Positions 17,837 to 28,474 of a stretch of 47,637 nt of DNA are shown piece after piece. The notes under the pieces are model-generated. The model had not been told where the DNA came from. It worked only from the letters and a program-made list of their open reading frames with translations, and did no database searches. Position 1 is the first letter of the stretch. Every line of letters begins with the position of its first letter. Position numbers and translations under genes: made by a program. Source of the stretch: Salinivirgaceae bacterium (GTDB taxonomy: Bacteria > Bacteroidota > Bacteroidia > Bacteroidales > SZUA-534); the NCBI GenBank assembly GCA_024405635.1, contig JAKSOL010000023.1, forward strand, positions 1-47,637, given 5' to 3'.

Positions 17837-19792
17837 ATGGCCAAAGTTGAAAACCTTTTATCGCAAATAAACTCGCCCGCCGACCTTAAAAAACTTAAGG
17901 TTGACGACTTGCCGCAAGTGAGTGCTGAACTTCGTCAGTTTATTATTGACGAGGTGAGCCAGCATCCAGGCCACTTTGCATCGAGTCTTGGTGTGGTGGA
18001 ACTTACAGTGGCTTTGCATTACGTTTTCAACACTCCATACGACCAACTTGTTTGGGATGTAGGACACCAAGCCTACGGCCACAAAATTCTAACCGAACGC
18101 AAAGACCGATTTAACACCAACCGATTGTTGGGCGGTTTGTCGGGGTTTCCAAAACGTAGCGAGAGCATTTACGACGCTTTTGGCGTTGGTCATGCCTCAA
18201 CTTCAATTTCGGCAGCACTTGGTTTAGCTGTAGCCTCGCAACTCAACGGCGAAACCAACCGTAACGTAGTTGCCATTATTGGCGATGGCAGCATGACTGG
18301 CGGTATGGCTTTTGAAGGTTTGAACAACGCTGGCGTGCAAAAATCAAACTTGCTGGTCATTTTAAACGACAACAACATGGCCATTGACCCAAGCGTGGGT
18401 GCTTTTAAAGATTATTTGGTTGATATTACCACATCGCAGCGCTACAACAAACTAAAAGACGAGGTTTGGAATATGCTTGGCCGTTTGCGTCGTTTTGGTC
18501 CAAATACCCAAAACTTGATTCAAAAAATTGATAACGGATTAAAATCGATATTGCTAAAACAAGGCAACTTGTTTGAAGCTCTTAACTTCCGCTACTTTGG
18601 TCCTATTGATGGACACGATGTTATTTATTTGGCTCGTGTACTTAACGATTTAAAGCAAATACCAGGACCTAAACTTCTGCATATTAAAACCATAAAAGGA
18701 AAAGGATTTGCGCAAGCTGAACAAGACCAAACAACTTGGCACGCTCCCGGATTGTTTGATAAAGTAACAGGCGAACGAATAAAAGAGTCGTCAGCATCGC
18801 AAGCCAAAACTCGCTACCAAGACATTTTTGGCAAAACACTGCTTGAGTTGGCCGAGCAAAACAACCGCATTGTGGGCATCACCCCAGCCATGCCTACTGG
18901 TTGCAGCATGAACATTATGATGGAAAAAATGCCAAACCGCACTTTCGATGTTGGCATTGCCGAAGAGCACGCTGTAACTTTTTCGGCCGGATTAGCCGCA
19001 AATGGTCAAGTGCCATTTTGCAACATTTACTCAACCTTTATGCAACGTGCCTACGACCAAATTATTCACGATGTTGCACTGCAAAAACTTGGCGTTGTTT
19101 TTTGTCTTGACCGCGCCGGAATAGTTGGCTCCGACGGCTCCACTCACCATGGTGCATTCGATTTGGCTTTTATGCGCAGCATTCCAAATATGATTGTTGC
19201 AGCACCAATGAACGGCAACGAGTTGCGCAACATGATGTACACTGCCCAACTTGACCCTGTTAAACCTTTTGCTATACGTTACCCACGCGGCAAAGCACCA
19301 GACATTGACTGGCAGCAACCTTTTACTGCAATCAACATTGGTCGCAGCAGACAACTACGCAACGGCAACCAAATTGCAGTTTTAACCATTGGCAACACTG
19401 GCAACTTTGTTTTAGAAATAGCCGACAAACTAACCGAAGCTGGTATTGACTATGCACACTACGACATGCGTTTTGTTAAACCACTTGACGAAGAAATGCT
19501 TCACTCAATTTTTAAACGCTTTCACAAGATTATTACTATTGAAGATGGCGTTATTGCTGGCGGTTTTGGTAGCGCTGTGCTCGAGTTTATGGCATCAAAC
19601 GGATATTCGGCCAACGTAATTCGCATGGGTATTCCCGACAAGTTTATTGACCACGGCGCCACTCACGAGCTTTATAGTATTTGCGGTTACGGACCAAAAG
19701 AAATTTTTGAAACTATATGCTCACAAGTCGATGTTAAGCGCAAAAACATATTCAATGTTGCGTTCAACATTTTTAAGCCATCGGTTTCATAA
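17837..19792 (+). CDS. dxs: 1-deoxy-D-xylulose-5-phosphate synthase
   Basis: WDVGHQAY, GDGSMTGG...NDNNM, DVGIAEEHAV, DRAG; start at ATG 17837; -7 element TATATTTG at 17804-17811. Confidence 0.97.
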   Translation: MAKVENLLSQINSPADLKKLKVDDLPQVSAELRQFIIDEVSQHPGHFASSLGVVELTVALHYVFNTPYDQLVWDVGHQAYGHKILTERKDRFNTNRLLGGLSGFPKRSESIYDAFGVGHASTSISAALGLAVASQLNGETNRNVVAIIGDGSMTGGMAFEGLNNAGVQKSNLLVILNDNNMAIDPSVGAFKDYLVDITTSQRYNKLKDEVWNMLGRLRRFGPNTQNLIQKIDNGLKSILLKQGNLFEALNFRYFGPIDGHDVIYLARVLNDLKQIPGPKLLHIKTIKGKGFAQAEQDQTTWHAPGLFDKVTGERIKESSASQAKTRYQDIFGKTLLELAEQNNRIVGITPAMPTGCSMNIMMEKMPNRTFDVGIAEEHAVTFSAGLAANGQVPFCNIYSTFMQRAYDQIIHDVALQKLGVVFCLDRAGIVGSDGSTHHGAFDLAFMRSIPNMIVAAPMNGNELRNMMYTAQLDPVKPFAIRYPRGKAPDIDWQQPFTAINIGRSRQLRNGNQIAVLTIGNTGNFVLEIADKLTEAGIDYAHYDMRFVKPLDEEMLHSIFKRFHKIITIEDGVIAGGFGSAVLEFMASNGYSANVIRMGIPDKFIDHGATHELYSICGYGPKEIFETICSQVDVKRKNIFNVAFNIFKPSVS

Positions 19793-19823
19793 TGCTTGAT
19801 GGTTTATTGTTACTCAATGTGTT

Positions 19824-20399
19824 ATGAATTTGTTTGAGCCTAAAAAACGGTATCCTTTAGAAACTGGCTGCATGCTCATTTCAGAGCCTTTTATGAACGA
19901 CGATTCATTTCAGCGTGCAGTAATACTTATTGCAGCCTATAAACCCGAAAAAGGTGCTTTTGGGCTTGTGCTTAACCACCCATCGCCTTTTGCCATTAAC
20001 GATGCAGTGCCAGAGGTGTACGACTTTAATACATTATACGAAGGCGGGCCTGTGAGCGAAAACGAATTGTTTTACATACACACCGTTGGGCACTTACTCA
20101 CCAACTGCGAGAACATAATTGACGACGTTTGCTTTGGTGGCGATTTTGAAAATGTTAAATCGCTGATTAACAGCGGTGTTATTAAGCCCCACCACATAAT
20201 GTTCTTTAAGGGTTATTCAGGTTGGGACGCCGGTCAACTTGAGCAGGAAATTGAAAACGGAGCATGGGTTGTATCGCCATATAACGCTAGCCTACTGTTT
20301 GCCGATGCTGACACCGACATTTGGAGCAAAGCACTAAACGATTTAGGCGATATTTATCCTTTGTGGACTGAATTTCCAATCAATCCAAACGAAAACTAA
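19824..20399 (+). CDS. YqgE/AlgH family protein
   Basis: FQRAVILI, GLVLN, GGPV, GYSGWDAGQLEQE, W...P.NP.N. Confidence 0.92.
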   Translation: MNLFEPKKRYPLETGCMLISEPFMNDDSFQRAVILIAAYKPEKGAFGLVLNHPSPFAINDAVPEVYDFNTLYEGGPVSENELFYIHTVGHLLTNCENIIDDVCFGGDFENVKSLINSGVIKPHHIMFFKGYSGWDAGQLEQEIENGAWVVSPYNASLLFADADTDIWSKALNDLGDIYPLWTEFPINPNEN

Positions 20400-20407
20400 C
20401 CCACGTA

Positions 20408-22531
20408 TTATTTAAGATTGTCGTTAAAGTAACGAACAATACGGTCAATTAGATGCAATCTATCGTGACCACGCACATTATGCTCATGCTGCGGATAAAC
20501 AGCATAATCAATCAGCACATTTTCGGCTACTGCGCAATGCAACAATTTAAGGCTATTTTGCCAAACCACTACCGGATCAATGTCGCCATGTATTACCAGC
20601 AATCGCGATTTAAGGTTACCTATCTTGTTACACACTGTGGAATTTTTGTAGCCTTCAGGATTTTGTTGCGGAGTGTCCATATAACGCTCGCCATACATAA
20701 CCTCGTATAAACTCCAATCGCATACTGGGCCGCCTGCTACACCAGCTTTAAATTCATTTGGATGTTCGCACAACATGTTAATGGTCATAAATCCTCCAAA
20801 ACTCCAACCATAAACACCAATGCGAGTTGAATCGACAAACGGCAACGACTTCAGATATTTAACTCCTTGCATCTGATCTTCGGTTTCGCACTTGCCCAAT
20901 TGGCGATGAATGCAATGCTCAAATTCGCGCCCACCGTTTTCGCAACCACGGTTGTCCATTGAAAACACAATGTAACCTTGCTGCGCCAAATACAACTCCC
21001 ACGCTCCTGAACCACATAGCCAACCGGCATTTACCATTTGATTGTGCGGTCCAGCATACACATATATAATTACAGGATATTGTTTGGTTGAATCAAAATC
21101 GGAAGGAGTAATCATCATGCCGTAAAGTGGAAACTTGCCATCGGCCGATTTAAGACCTTCAACCAAAGTAACTTTTGGAATTGTAAGTCCTTCATACGGA
21201 TTAACATCTTCGCTTAACACTTTGGTTACCTTGCTATTAGCCGAAGGTTTTTGACCCATTGCGTTAAGATTTCGCAAGGTGGTTCGGTTTGCCACTGTTT
21301 GCGACTGAAACAAATCGACCCATGCAGTGCTATTGGCTGAAAAGCGAGCTCGATGAATACCAATTTCAGCATCATCGGAAATTTGTGTCATGCGGCCTTT
21401 AAGGTCAACTGCAAAAATATCGGCATAGATGTAACCACGTTTGTTGGCCTGAAAAACAACCTTGCCCGTTGCTTTGTTGTAGCCATAAAGTTCGCACACT
21501 GTCCAGTTGCCGTTGGTTAGTTGTTTGCACTTTCCGCTGCTGATGCTATAAAGATAAATGTGGCGAAAACCATTGCGCTCGCTAAGCCAAAGAAACTGGT
21601 CGGCATCAATAAACATGGCTGGTGTACAAGGTTCAACCCACTCGGCATTTTGCTCCTCAAACAAGGTTTTTTCAAGCTGCCCAGTTGACGCATTGTAAAC
21701 ATTGAACCACATGTGGTTTTGGTCGCGATTTATTTCGGCCATGCAAATGTATTTTTCGTCGGCACTCCACGCAATGTTGGTAAAGTAGCGGTCAACTGGC
21801 GATGCTGTTTTGAGCCACACAGTTTGCTGATTTTGCACATTGAAAACACCAACCGAAACTTGATGCGATGTTTCGCCAGCCATTGGGTAGCGTATTGGCT
21901 CAGCTTTGGCTTGGCGTGTTGTGATATTTACAATAGGATACTCGGCAACCATGCTCTCGTCTAACCTATAAAAGCAAAGTTTATTGCCGCTTGGCGACCA
22001 AAATGTACCACCGTTTATTCCAAATTCGTCGCGATGAACCGAACTGCCAAACACTATGCCGTTGCCGCCTTCCTCGCTGTTAACTCGCATTGTTTTGCTT
22101 GCAGTTGATACAAACAAATTGCTGCCCACACGATAGGCTACATTGCCCGATTGGAAATTATAGTCGTAAGCTTCACCATTAAGGCACACAATGCTATCGG
22201 CAATATTTGCAACTCCATTTTTGATATTAAGTTGATAGAACACTGAATCGGTGCTACACCACAGGGTTTGTGGCGTAATCCATTGCTCAATTGCTGCATT
22301 TGGAATAGTTTGGCGCAATTCTCTGATTGATGTAATGACTGAATTACCGTTTATAAATTCACCATCGGCATACTGAATGCACTCACCCGATTGCTCACAA
22401 AAAAAAGTACGGGCTGACGTGGGATAAAAATTGTAGAATTCTTTTCCGCCATAAACGGTTTGCTCAAGTGTTAGTTGTGCGCTAAGTTGCATGGTGCTAA
22501 AAAGCGCGGCAAAAAGCAATGTTTTTTTCAT
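20408..22531 (-). CDS. S9 family dipeptidyl/prolyl tripeptidyl peptidase (DPP IV-like)
   Basis: Signal peptide, DPPIV_N region, GWSFGG nucleophile motif, YEVMYGERYM, D and H catalytic residues. Confidence 0.93.
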   Translation of the reverse strand: MKKTLLFAALFSTMQLSAQLTLEQTVYGGKEFYNFYPTSARTFFCEQSGECIQYADGEFINGNSVITSIRELRQTIPNAAIEQWITPQTLWCSTDSVFYQLNIKNGVANIADSIVCLNGEAYDYNFQSGNVAYRVGSNLFVSTASKTMRVNSEEGGNGIVFGSSVHRDEFGINGGTFWSPSGNKLCFYRLDESMVAEYPIVNITTRQAKAEPIRYPMAGETSHQVSVGVFNVQNQQTVWLKTASPVDRYFTNIAWSADEKYICMAEINRDQNHMWFNVYNASTGQLEKTLFEEQNAEWVEPCTPAMFIDADQFLWLSERNGFRHIYLYSISSGKCKQLTNGNWTVCELYGYNKATGKVVFQANKRGYIYADIFAVDLKGRMTQISDDAEIGIHRARFSANSTAWVDLFQSQTVANRTTLRNLNAMGQKPSANSKVTKVLSEDVNPYEGLTIPKVTLVEGLKSADGKFPLYGMMITPSDFDSTKQYPVIIYVYAGPHNQMVNAGWLCGSGAWELYLAQQGYIVFSMDNRGCENGGREFEHCIHRQLGKCETEDQMQGVKYLKSLPFVDSTRIGVYGWSFGGFMTINMLCEHPNEFKAGVAGGPVCDWSLYEVMYGERYMDTPQQNPEGYKNSTVCNKIGNLKSRLLVIHGDIDPVVVWQNSLKLLHCAVAENVLIDYAVYPQHEHNVRGHDRLHLIDRIVRYFNDNLK

Positions 22532-22567
22532 ATCGTTATTAAAATGAATGCTTACAAAAGTACCTAT

Positions 22568-22602
22568 AAAAAAGGCGGAAACCCAATTTCAGATTTCCGC
22601 CT
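22568..22602 (-). terminator. Intrinsic terminator after frr
   Basis: aggcggaaa...tttccgcct with an A-run on the + strand. Confidence 0.65.
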
Positions 22603-22626
22603 CTCGTTATTTTCAACTTATAGATT

Positions 22627-23193
22627 TTAGATTGCCATAATGTCGGCTTCTTTTTTCTTAAGCAAATCGTCGATGTGTTTTGAGAACGAATCGAGTAGTT
22701 TTTGAGTTTCGTTTTCGGCATCTTTTGCCAAATCCTCAGACAGGCCGTCTTTTTTCATTTTCTTAAATGCTTCGTTGGCATCTTTACGCACGTTGCGCAA
22801 AACCACGCGGGTTGATTCGCACTCGGCTTTGGCTTGTTTAACCAAATCGCGACGGCGTTCCTCAGTCAAAGGTGGAACAGCAATTATAATTGACTCGCCG
22901 TTGTTGCTTGGGTTAAAACCAAGGTTTGAGCAAAGAATGGCTTTTTCAATCACGTCAAACATTTTCTTTTCCCAAGGTTGAATTTTAATGGTGCGAGCAT
23001 CGGGCACTGTAACGTTTGCTACTTGTGCTAACGACATTGGCGAACCGTAGTATTCAACAGTAACGTTGTCGAGTACACGAACGTCGGCTTTGCCTGCGCG
23101 AATAAGAGCAAGTGTGCTTTCCAAATAATCTACTGCTTTGGCCATTTGTTCTTTCGCTTTGTCCAAAGTCTTTTTAACGTCTTCTTGTGTCAT
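22627..23193 (-). CDS. frr: Ribosome recycling factor
   Basis: IRAGKA, VEYYG, PPLTEERRRDLVK; downstream of pyrH. Confidence 0.97.
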   Translation of the reverse strand: MTQEDVKKTLDKAKEQMAKAVDYLESTLALIRAGKADVRVLDNVTVEYYGSPMSLAQVANVTVPDARTIKIQPWEKKMFDVIEKAILCSNLGFNPSNNGESIIIAVPPLTEERRRDLVKQAKAECESTRVVLRNVRKDANEAFKKMKKDGLSEDLAKDAENETQKLLDSFSKHIDDLLKKKEADIMAI

Positions 23194-23238
23194 AATAAGT
23201 ATCGTTTTTATTCGGTGTCAAATTTAATAACGCATTGG

Positions 23239-23946
23239 TTAATAAGTAACCAGTGTGCCTATTTTTTCGCCTTTAATAACTTTTTCAAGGTTTCCGGCTG
23301 TGTCCATATCAAACACATACATAGGCATTTTGTTCTCTTTGCACATGGTGAACGATGTTAGGTCCATCACTTTAAGATGACGCTCGTATGCCTCGTCGTA
23401 CGATATTTGACTAAACTTGGTAGCAGTTGGATCTTTTTCAGGGTCGGCAGTGTAAACGCCATCGATGCGAGTACCTTTTAGCAAAATATCGGCGCGCATT
23501 TCAATGGCACGCAAAGCCGATGCTGTGTCGGTGGTAAAGTATGGATTACCGGAACCTCCTGCAAAAATAACCACATGGCCATCGTCAAGCAGTTGGCGCA
23601 TTTTTCCTTTGTTGTAGAATTCGGCAACTGGCTCCATGCGAATGGCGGTAAGCACTGTTGCTTTGCAGCCGTTTGCCTCAAGTGCTGTTTGCAATGCTAT
23701 ACTGTTGATGGTTGTGGCTAACATGCCCATATAGTCGCCATTTATGCGGTCAAATCCTTTTTTGGCTCCGCTCATTCCGCGAAATATGTTGCCTCCTCCT
23801 ATCACAATGCCTATTTGCACGCCCATATCGGCAATGGCTTTTATTTGAACAGCATACTCGTCGAGTTTATCGGTGTCGATGCCGTATTGTTGCTTGCCTT
23901 GTAGCGACTCGCCACTCAACTTTAGCAAGATTCTTTTGTATTCCAT
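23239..23946 (-). CDS. pyrH: Uridylate kinase
   Basis: RILLKLSGE, GGGNIFRG, GNPYFTTD, DGVYTADP. Confidence 0.98.
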   Translation of the reverse strand: MEYKRILLKLSGESLQGKQQYGIDTDKLDEYAVQIKAIADMGVQIGIVIGGGNIFRGMSGAKKGFDRINGDYMGMLATTINSIALQTALEANGCKATVLTAIRMEPVAEFYNKGKMRQLLDDGHVVIFAGGSGNPYFTTDTASALRAIEMRADILLKGTRIDGVYTADPEKDPTATKFSQISYDEAYERHLKVMDLTSFTMCKENKMPMYVFDMDTAGNLEKVIKGEKIGTLVTY

Positions 23947-24108
23947 TTTTACTTGATGTTTAGTTAAATCGTTTGAGCCAAAAGTAAAAGTTTTTCGTTG
24001 TTTGGTTTTGGTTTTTTATTGGTCGTTTTGCAATCGCTAAAAAACATCAATTTAATGGTTATGTGTTGGTCAATGCTCTAATTTTTTGGCATTGGGTGTT
24101 TACTATTT

Positions 24109-25446
24109 TCAAAACAACAATTTCATTATAGTTCCGTTTGTGCTCGACTGGCAAACAATGGTACCGCCATGTGCCCTTAACACTTGTTGCGAGTAGCTTA
24201 GGCCGATGCCCGAGCCTGTGCTTTTGGTGGTAAAGAATGGCACAAAAATCTCGTCGCGAACATTGTCGGGTATGCCTGGTCCATTGTCGGCTACCACAAT
24301 CTCAGTCTGTCCCGAAGGCAAATGGTGGGCCGATACCTCAACCAGCGCATCGGGTTTGGGTGTTGATGCAAGTGCCTCGGCTGAATTTTTTACAAGATTT
24401 ATCATCACCTGCATCATCATTTGCTCATCGATGTTGACTGTGAAATTGGAAAGTGGCTGAACGAAATGTATGTTGACGTTGTATTGCGAGCGCATTGGCG
24501 ATGTGAAGATGCTGAACCGCTCAAAAAGGCTTGCAATGCTCACTTCGGTCAATGTTGGTTTGGGTATGTTGGTTAAAACACGATACGACTGAACAAAACG
24601 TGCCAATCCAACGCATCGTTCGCTAATAACCGACAACCCGGCTATTGAGTTGCGCACATCTTCTTCGGTTGCAATTTTTGATGAATTCCACTGGCTTTCA
24701 AGTGTTTGAGCTATTGATGTGATTGGTGTAAGTGAGTTCATAATTTCATGGCTCAAAACTCTAATGAGTTTTTTCCATGCATCAACCTCCTTGCGTTCAA
24801 GTTCGGCATGAATATCTTGCAAGGTTACTAAATGAACTTGCTTATTGCTAATGGTTACTATTGCACACTCAAGCATCACGCTTTTTTCAATACTACCAAC
24901 GTGCAGCGGTGCTACAAGTTTTGCCCCATCGGTTAGCAACATGAGTTGCAATGCAAAATCCTTATCAATTTGCGATATTTGAGAGATGTGTGTTATTACT
25001 TGAAGTCCAAAAAGATCAAATGATGAATGGTTAACCTCCGACACAAAACCATCGTTATCAAACACTAGTACACCTGTTCCTATATGCTCAATAATGGTGC
25101 TGAAATACTGGTCTTTAAGTCGCGAATTGATTTTTGCGTTTTGAAGAATAATGTTGAGTTCGTTTAGGCTGTGATGCAAATCGTTGATGATGGAGTTGCC
25201 CGTTTGCTCGGGAAATTTAAGTGCTGTGTCGTTGTTACGAATGGCACTGATGAAGAAGGTGATTTTTCGGTTTATACTGTTTATAAAATACACCAACTCA
25301 ATTACAAGACCAAGCTCGGCGCAAGCAGTTAAAACAGATATCCAAAGGGCAACATTTTTACAAAACATTACTCCCATTGCCACTGCAAGCATCACAATAG
25401 CAATAACTCTTGCCACTAACCTTATGGTTAAATGCCTATAGCCCAT
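24109..25446 (-). CDS. NtrY-like sensor histidine kinase (TM-PAS-HisKA-HATPase)
   Basis: [11 protein letters not shown]-box, NLVKN, DNGPGI, FFTTK..GSGIGL. Confidence 0.93.
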   Translation of the reverse strand: MGYRHLTIRLVARVIAIVMLAVAMGVMFCKNVALWISVLTACAELGLVIELVYFINSINRKITFFISAIRNNDTALKFPEQTGNSIINDLHHSLNELNIILQNAKINSRLKDQYFSTIIEHIGTGVLVFDNDGFVSEVNHSSFDLFGLQVITHISQISQIDKDFALQLMLLTDGAKLVAPLHVGSIEKSVMLECAIVTISNKQVHLVTLQDIHAELERKEVDAWKKLIRVLSHEIMNSLTPITSIAQTLESQWNSSKIATEEDVRNSIAGLSVISERCVGLARFVQSYRVLTNIPKPTLTEVSIASLFERFSIFTSPMRSQYNVNIHFVQPLSNFTVNIDEQMMMQVMINLVKNSAEALASTPKPDALVEVSAHHLPSGQTEIVVADNGPGIPDNVRDEIFVPFFTTKSTGSGIGLSYSQQVLRAHGGTIVCQSSTNGTIMKLLF

Positions 25447-26767
25447 ATTTTTTTATTTTGTTGTAAAGTGTTTGACGTGTTACACCCAACTGCAAAGCTA
25501 CAGCCGACATATTTCCGTTGTTTTTGTTAATGGCATCGGCTATCAGTCGGCGCTCCATATCCTCAAGCGTTCCGTTAAACGAGGTGGCAATGGTTGGCTC
25601 TGCGCTTCGGAACATAAAATCAGAAGGCTGAATGGTGTTGCTGTTGCTCAAAATAATAGCCTTTTCCATTGCATGTTGCAGCTCGCGAATATTTCCGGGC
25701 CACGAGTATTGCTCAAGTTTTTCAATAGCTTGGTTGCAAATGGTGTATCCCTCTTTGTTGTACTCGTTGGCAAATTTTTGCAAGAAAAATTCGGCCAAGA
25801 GCCTGATATCCTCTTTGCGATTGCGCAAAGGTGGTAGCTCAATGTGTATGGTGTTGATGCGGTAGAGCAAATCTTCGCGAAATTTACCTTCGGCCACCAT
25901 TTGCTCAAGGTTGCAGTTGGTGGCGCACACCAATCTTATATCAACCGGAATGGGTTTGTTGTCGCCAACTCGGGTAATGCTTCGGTTTTGCAATGCCGAT
26001 AGCAATTTGGCCTGCATAGGCATCGATAGGTTTCCAATTTCATCAAGAAAGAGAGTTGATTGGTTGGCGGCTTCAATTTTGCCCTCGCGATCGGTGTGAG
26101 CATCGGTAAAGGCGCCTTTTTTATGACCAAATAGTTCGCTCTCAAACAGAGTTTCGGTTATTGAACCCATATCGACCGAAACCATTGGTTTGTGAACTCG
26201 CGTTGACAATCGATGAAGTTCCTCAGCCACAACCTCTTTGCCTGTTCCGTTTTCGCCAGTAATGAGCACGTTGGCGCTGGTGGTTGCCACTTTGTTCACC
26301 ATTTGCATCACTTTGACCCACGCCTCCGATTTTCCAATAATGTTGGTGTTGCCCGTTGCTTGGCGGGTTGTTTTTTGCACCTTATTGCGCGACGAACTTA
26401 GTTTGCATGCCGAGTTGATGGTGGCAAGCAGCTTTTCGTTGTCCCATGGTTTTAGTACAAAATCGGTTGCACCCATTTGAATGGCTCGCACTGCAAGCGA
26501 CACATCGCCATAGGCGGTTATCATAACCACACTAATTGTTGGCTGATACTCAATAACTCGCTGCAACCAGTATAAGCCCTCGTTGCCAGTGTTTACGCCT
26601 GCCGAAAAATTCATATCGAGCAAAAGGACGTCGTACTTGTCAGTATTTAATTCTGATAGTAATGCATTGGGTGTTGATAGGGTTTGTACTTTCTCATAAC
26701 GTCCACTAAGCAACATCTTAATGGCGCTCAAAATGCTTTTGTTATCATCAACAACAAGAATCTTCAT
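25436..26767 (-). CDS. Sigma54-dependent (NtrC-family) response regulator
   Basis: REC domain, GENGTGKE, GAFTDA, WPGNIREL, Fis-type HTH; start ATG 26767. Confidence 0.95.
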   Translation of the reverse strand: MKILVVDDNKSILSAIKMLLSGRYEKVQTLSTPNALLSELNTDKYDVLLLDMNFSAGVNTGNEGLYWLQRVIEYQPTISVVMITAYGDVSLAVRAIQMGATDFVLKPWDNEKLLATINSACKLSSSRNKVQKTTRQATGNTNIIGKSEAWVKVMQMVNKVATTSANVLITGENGTGKEVVAEELHRLSTRVHKPMVSVDMGSITETLFESELFGHKKGAFTDAHTDREGKIEAANQSTLFLDEIGNLSMPMQAKLLSALQNRSITRVGDNKPIPVDIRLVCATNCNLEQMVAEGKFREDLLYRINTIHIELPPLRNRKEDIRLLAEFFLQKFANEYNKEGYTICNQAIEKLEQYSWPGNIRELQHAMEKAIILSNSNTIQPSDFMFRSAEPTIATSFNGTLEDMERRLIADAINKNNGNMSAVALQLGVTRQTLYNKIKKYGL

Positions 26768-26829
26768 AATAGATTTCGTTTTTGCCTTTGCCACAAATGT
26801 ATGGTAATGGAAAATGCGATGAAACATGG

Positions 26830-26988
26830 TGTAAAAAAATTAGACAGTTTGTTCTATCATTAAATGAATTCAATATTGAGTTTGTTGCATTATTCCGTCA
26901 TTTTTTGCTCGTGTTTTGGTCTAGAATAATGATATGTGCACTAGTGTCTTGTTCAAATTCTTTACACCTTATGTCTAAAAATTTTACA
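26830..26988. promoter_or_regulatory. Three TGT-N11-ACA palindromic enhancer-like sites (26830-26846, 26950-26966, 26972-26988)
   Basis: tgtaaaaaaattagaca, tgttcaaattctttaca and tgtctaaaaattttaca lie between the bEBP gene and tolC. Confidence 0.65.
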
Positions 26989-27043
26989 CACTGGCAGTGT
27001 TATGTTTATTTCAATCTGCTCATTTTCAGTGTTTTGCATTTTT

Positions 27044-27070
27044 TGGTACACATTTGGCACGTATTGGTAT
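27044..27070 (+). promoter_or_regulatory. Putative sigma54 -24/-12 promoter of the efflux operon
   Basis: TGGTAC-ACATT-TGGC gives GG-N10-GC; an overlapping TTGGCACG follows. Confidence 0.55.
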
Positions 27071-27093
27071 CAGAAAATAAAATGAACTGAAAA

Positions 27094-28452
27094 ATGAAAA
27101 GTTTTTTAAGGGTAATGATTTGTTTAGTTATTAGTTCGGTTAGTGCCCAAGCTGAGGAAACGGCTTGGACACTCAACCAATGCTTAAAACATGCCATTAG
27201 CAACAATTTGCAGCTAAAGATTAGCGAAAACGAGGCGCTAAAGGCTGATTATGTGCACACTGAGAGTCAATGGGCTGTTGCGCCATCGGTTTACGGAAGT
27301 GCAAACACCAACATGAACTTTAAGCGCGCTACCGACCAAGACAACCGCATATCGTCGGGTAACTCGTACAACATAAACTACGGCATTGGTGCGCAAATGA
27401 CTTTGTTTGCTGGCTTTCAGCTAAAGAACCAAATGACGATGACTAAATTTAATAAACTGGCATGCGACCAAAGCACCATTTCGGCTACCAATAGTTTGAT
27501 AGTGAATGTTGCAAGCCTTTACGCTACCGCTCTTTACCAAAAGTCGTTGGCCGAGGTTGCCGACAGCATTCTGGATAACAACATGAACGAACGTACACGC
27601 ATTGCCAACAAGGTTTCTGTTGGACAATTGCAACGTGCCGACTTGAGCGAGATTGATGCAACTTTGTCAACCAGCAAACTAAACAGCGCGCGAAGTCACA
27701 ACAACTACAACCTAAGCCTATTGCAATTGGCTCAATCAATTGAACTTGAATCTGCCGAAGGTTTTAGTGTAGCTCAAACCGATTTTGACCTTATTGAGCC
27801 ACACAATATTGATTTGGCTGTCGATTCGATTTACAACCTTGCTTGCTCCAACTATCCAAACGTGTTGCAATGCGAGTACGAATTAAACTACTACCAATCG
27901 GCACTAAAAGTGGCCAAAGGAGCAGTTTATCCAACAATCACCGCATCGGCAAATTTAGGTTCATCGTACTACTCAAGCGCCGTTGGCACCGATAGCCTAA
28001 CAATGCCATTTGCTGATCAAGCTCGTAACTTTTCGTCGCCATCAATTGGCCTTTCGCTTAACATTCCAATCTTTAATGGCCGACACAACCAAATGCAAAT
28101 AAAACGTAGCAAGGTTGATTTGCAAAATGCCTTGTATCGACTTGAGAATCAGAAAAAAATGATACGCAAAGAAATTGAGGAAGCCATTTTGCTACTCAAC
28201 AGCTATTATCTTGAATATGAGAGCGCTAAAGCTAATGTTACTTTTGTAGAACAATCGTACGACGCATACCGCCAACGTTACAAATTGGGTCTTGTAACCA
28301 CCACCGAATTTGCAACCACACAAAACCAATTGGCCAACGCTAAAGCGGCTATGCTTCAGGCAAAATACATGTGGATTGTGCAAGAACTAACAATTAGATT
28401 ATTTGCAGGCGACACTTTGAGTATTGCAACCAACGCATCAGAAAACGAATAA
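27094..28452 (+). CDS. TolC-family outer membrane efflux protein
   Basis: Signal peptide, WTLNQCL..A..NNLQL, two OEP repeats (LNIPIFNG). Confidence 0.9.
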   Translation: MKSFLRVMICLVISSVSAQAEETAWTLNQCLKHAISNNLQLKISENEALKADYVHTESQWAVAPSVYGSANTNMNFKRATDQDNRISSGNSYNINYGIGAQMTLFAGFQLKNQMTMTKFNKLACDQSTISATNSLIVNVASLYATALYQKSLAEVADSILDNNMNERTRIANKVSVGQLQRADLSEIDATLSTSKLNSARSHNNYNLSLLQLAQSIELESAEGFSVAQTDFDLIEPHNIDLAVDSIYNLACSNYPNVLQCEYELNYYQSALKVAKGAVYPTITASANLGSSYYSSAVGTDSLTMPFADQARNFSSPSIGLSLNIPIFNGRHNQMQIKRSKVDLQNALYRLENQKKMIRKEIEEAILLLNSYYLEYESAKANVTFVEQSYDAYRQRYKLGLVTTTEFATTQNQLANAKAAMLQAKYMWIVQELTIRLFAGDTLSIATNASENE

Positions 28453-28474
28453 TAACACTAAAAACATACCAACT

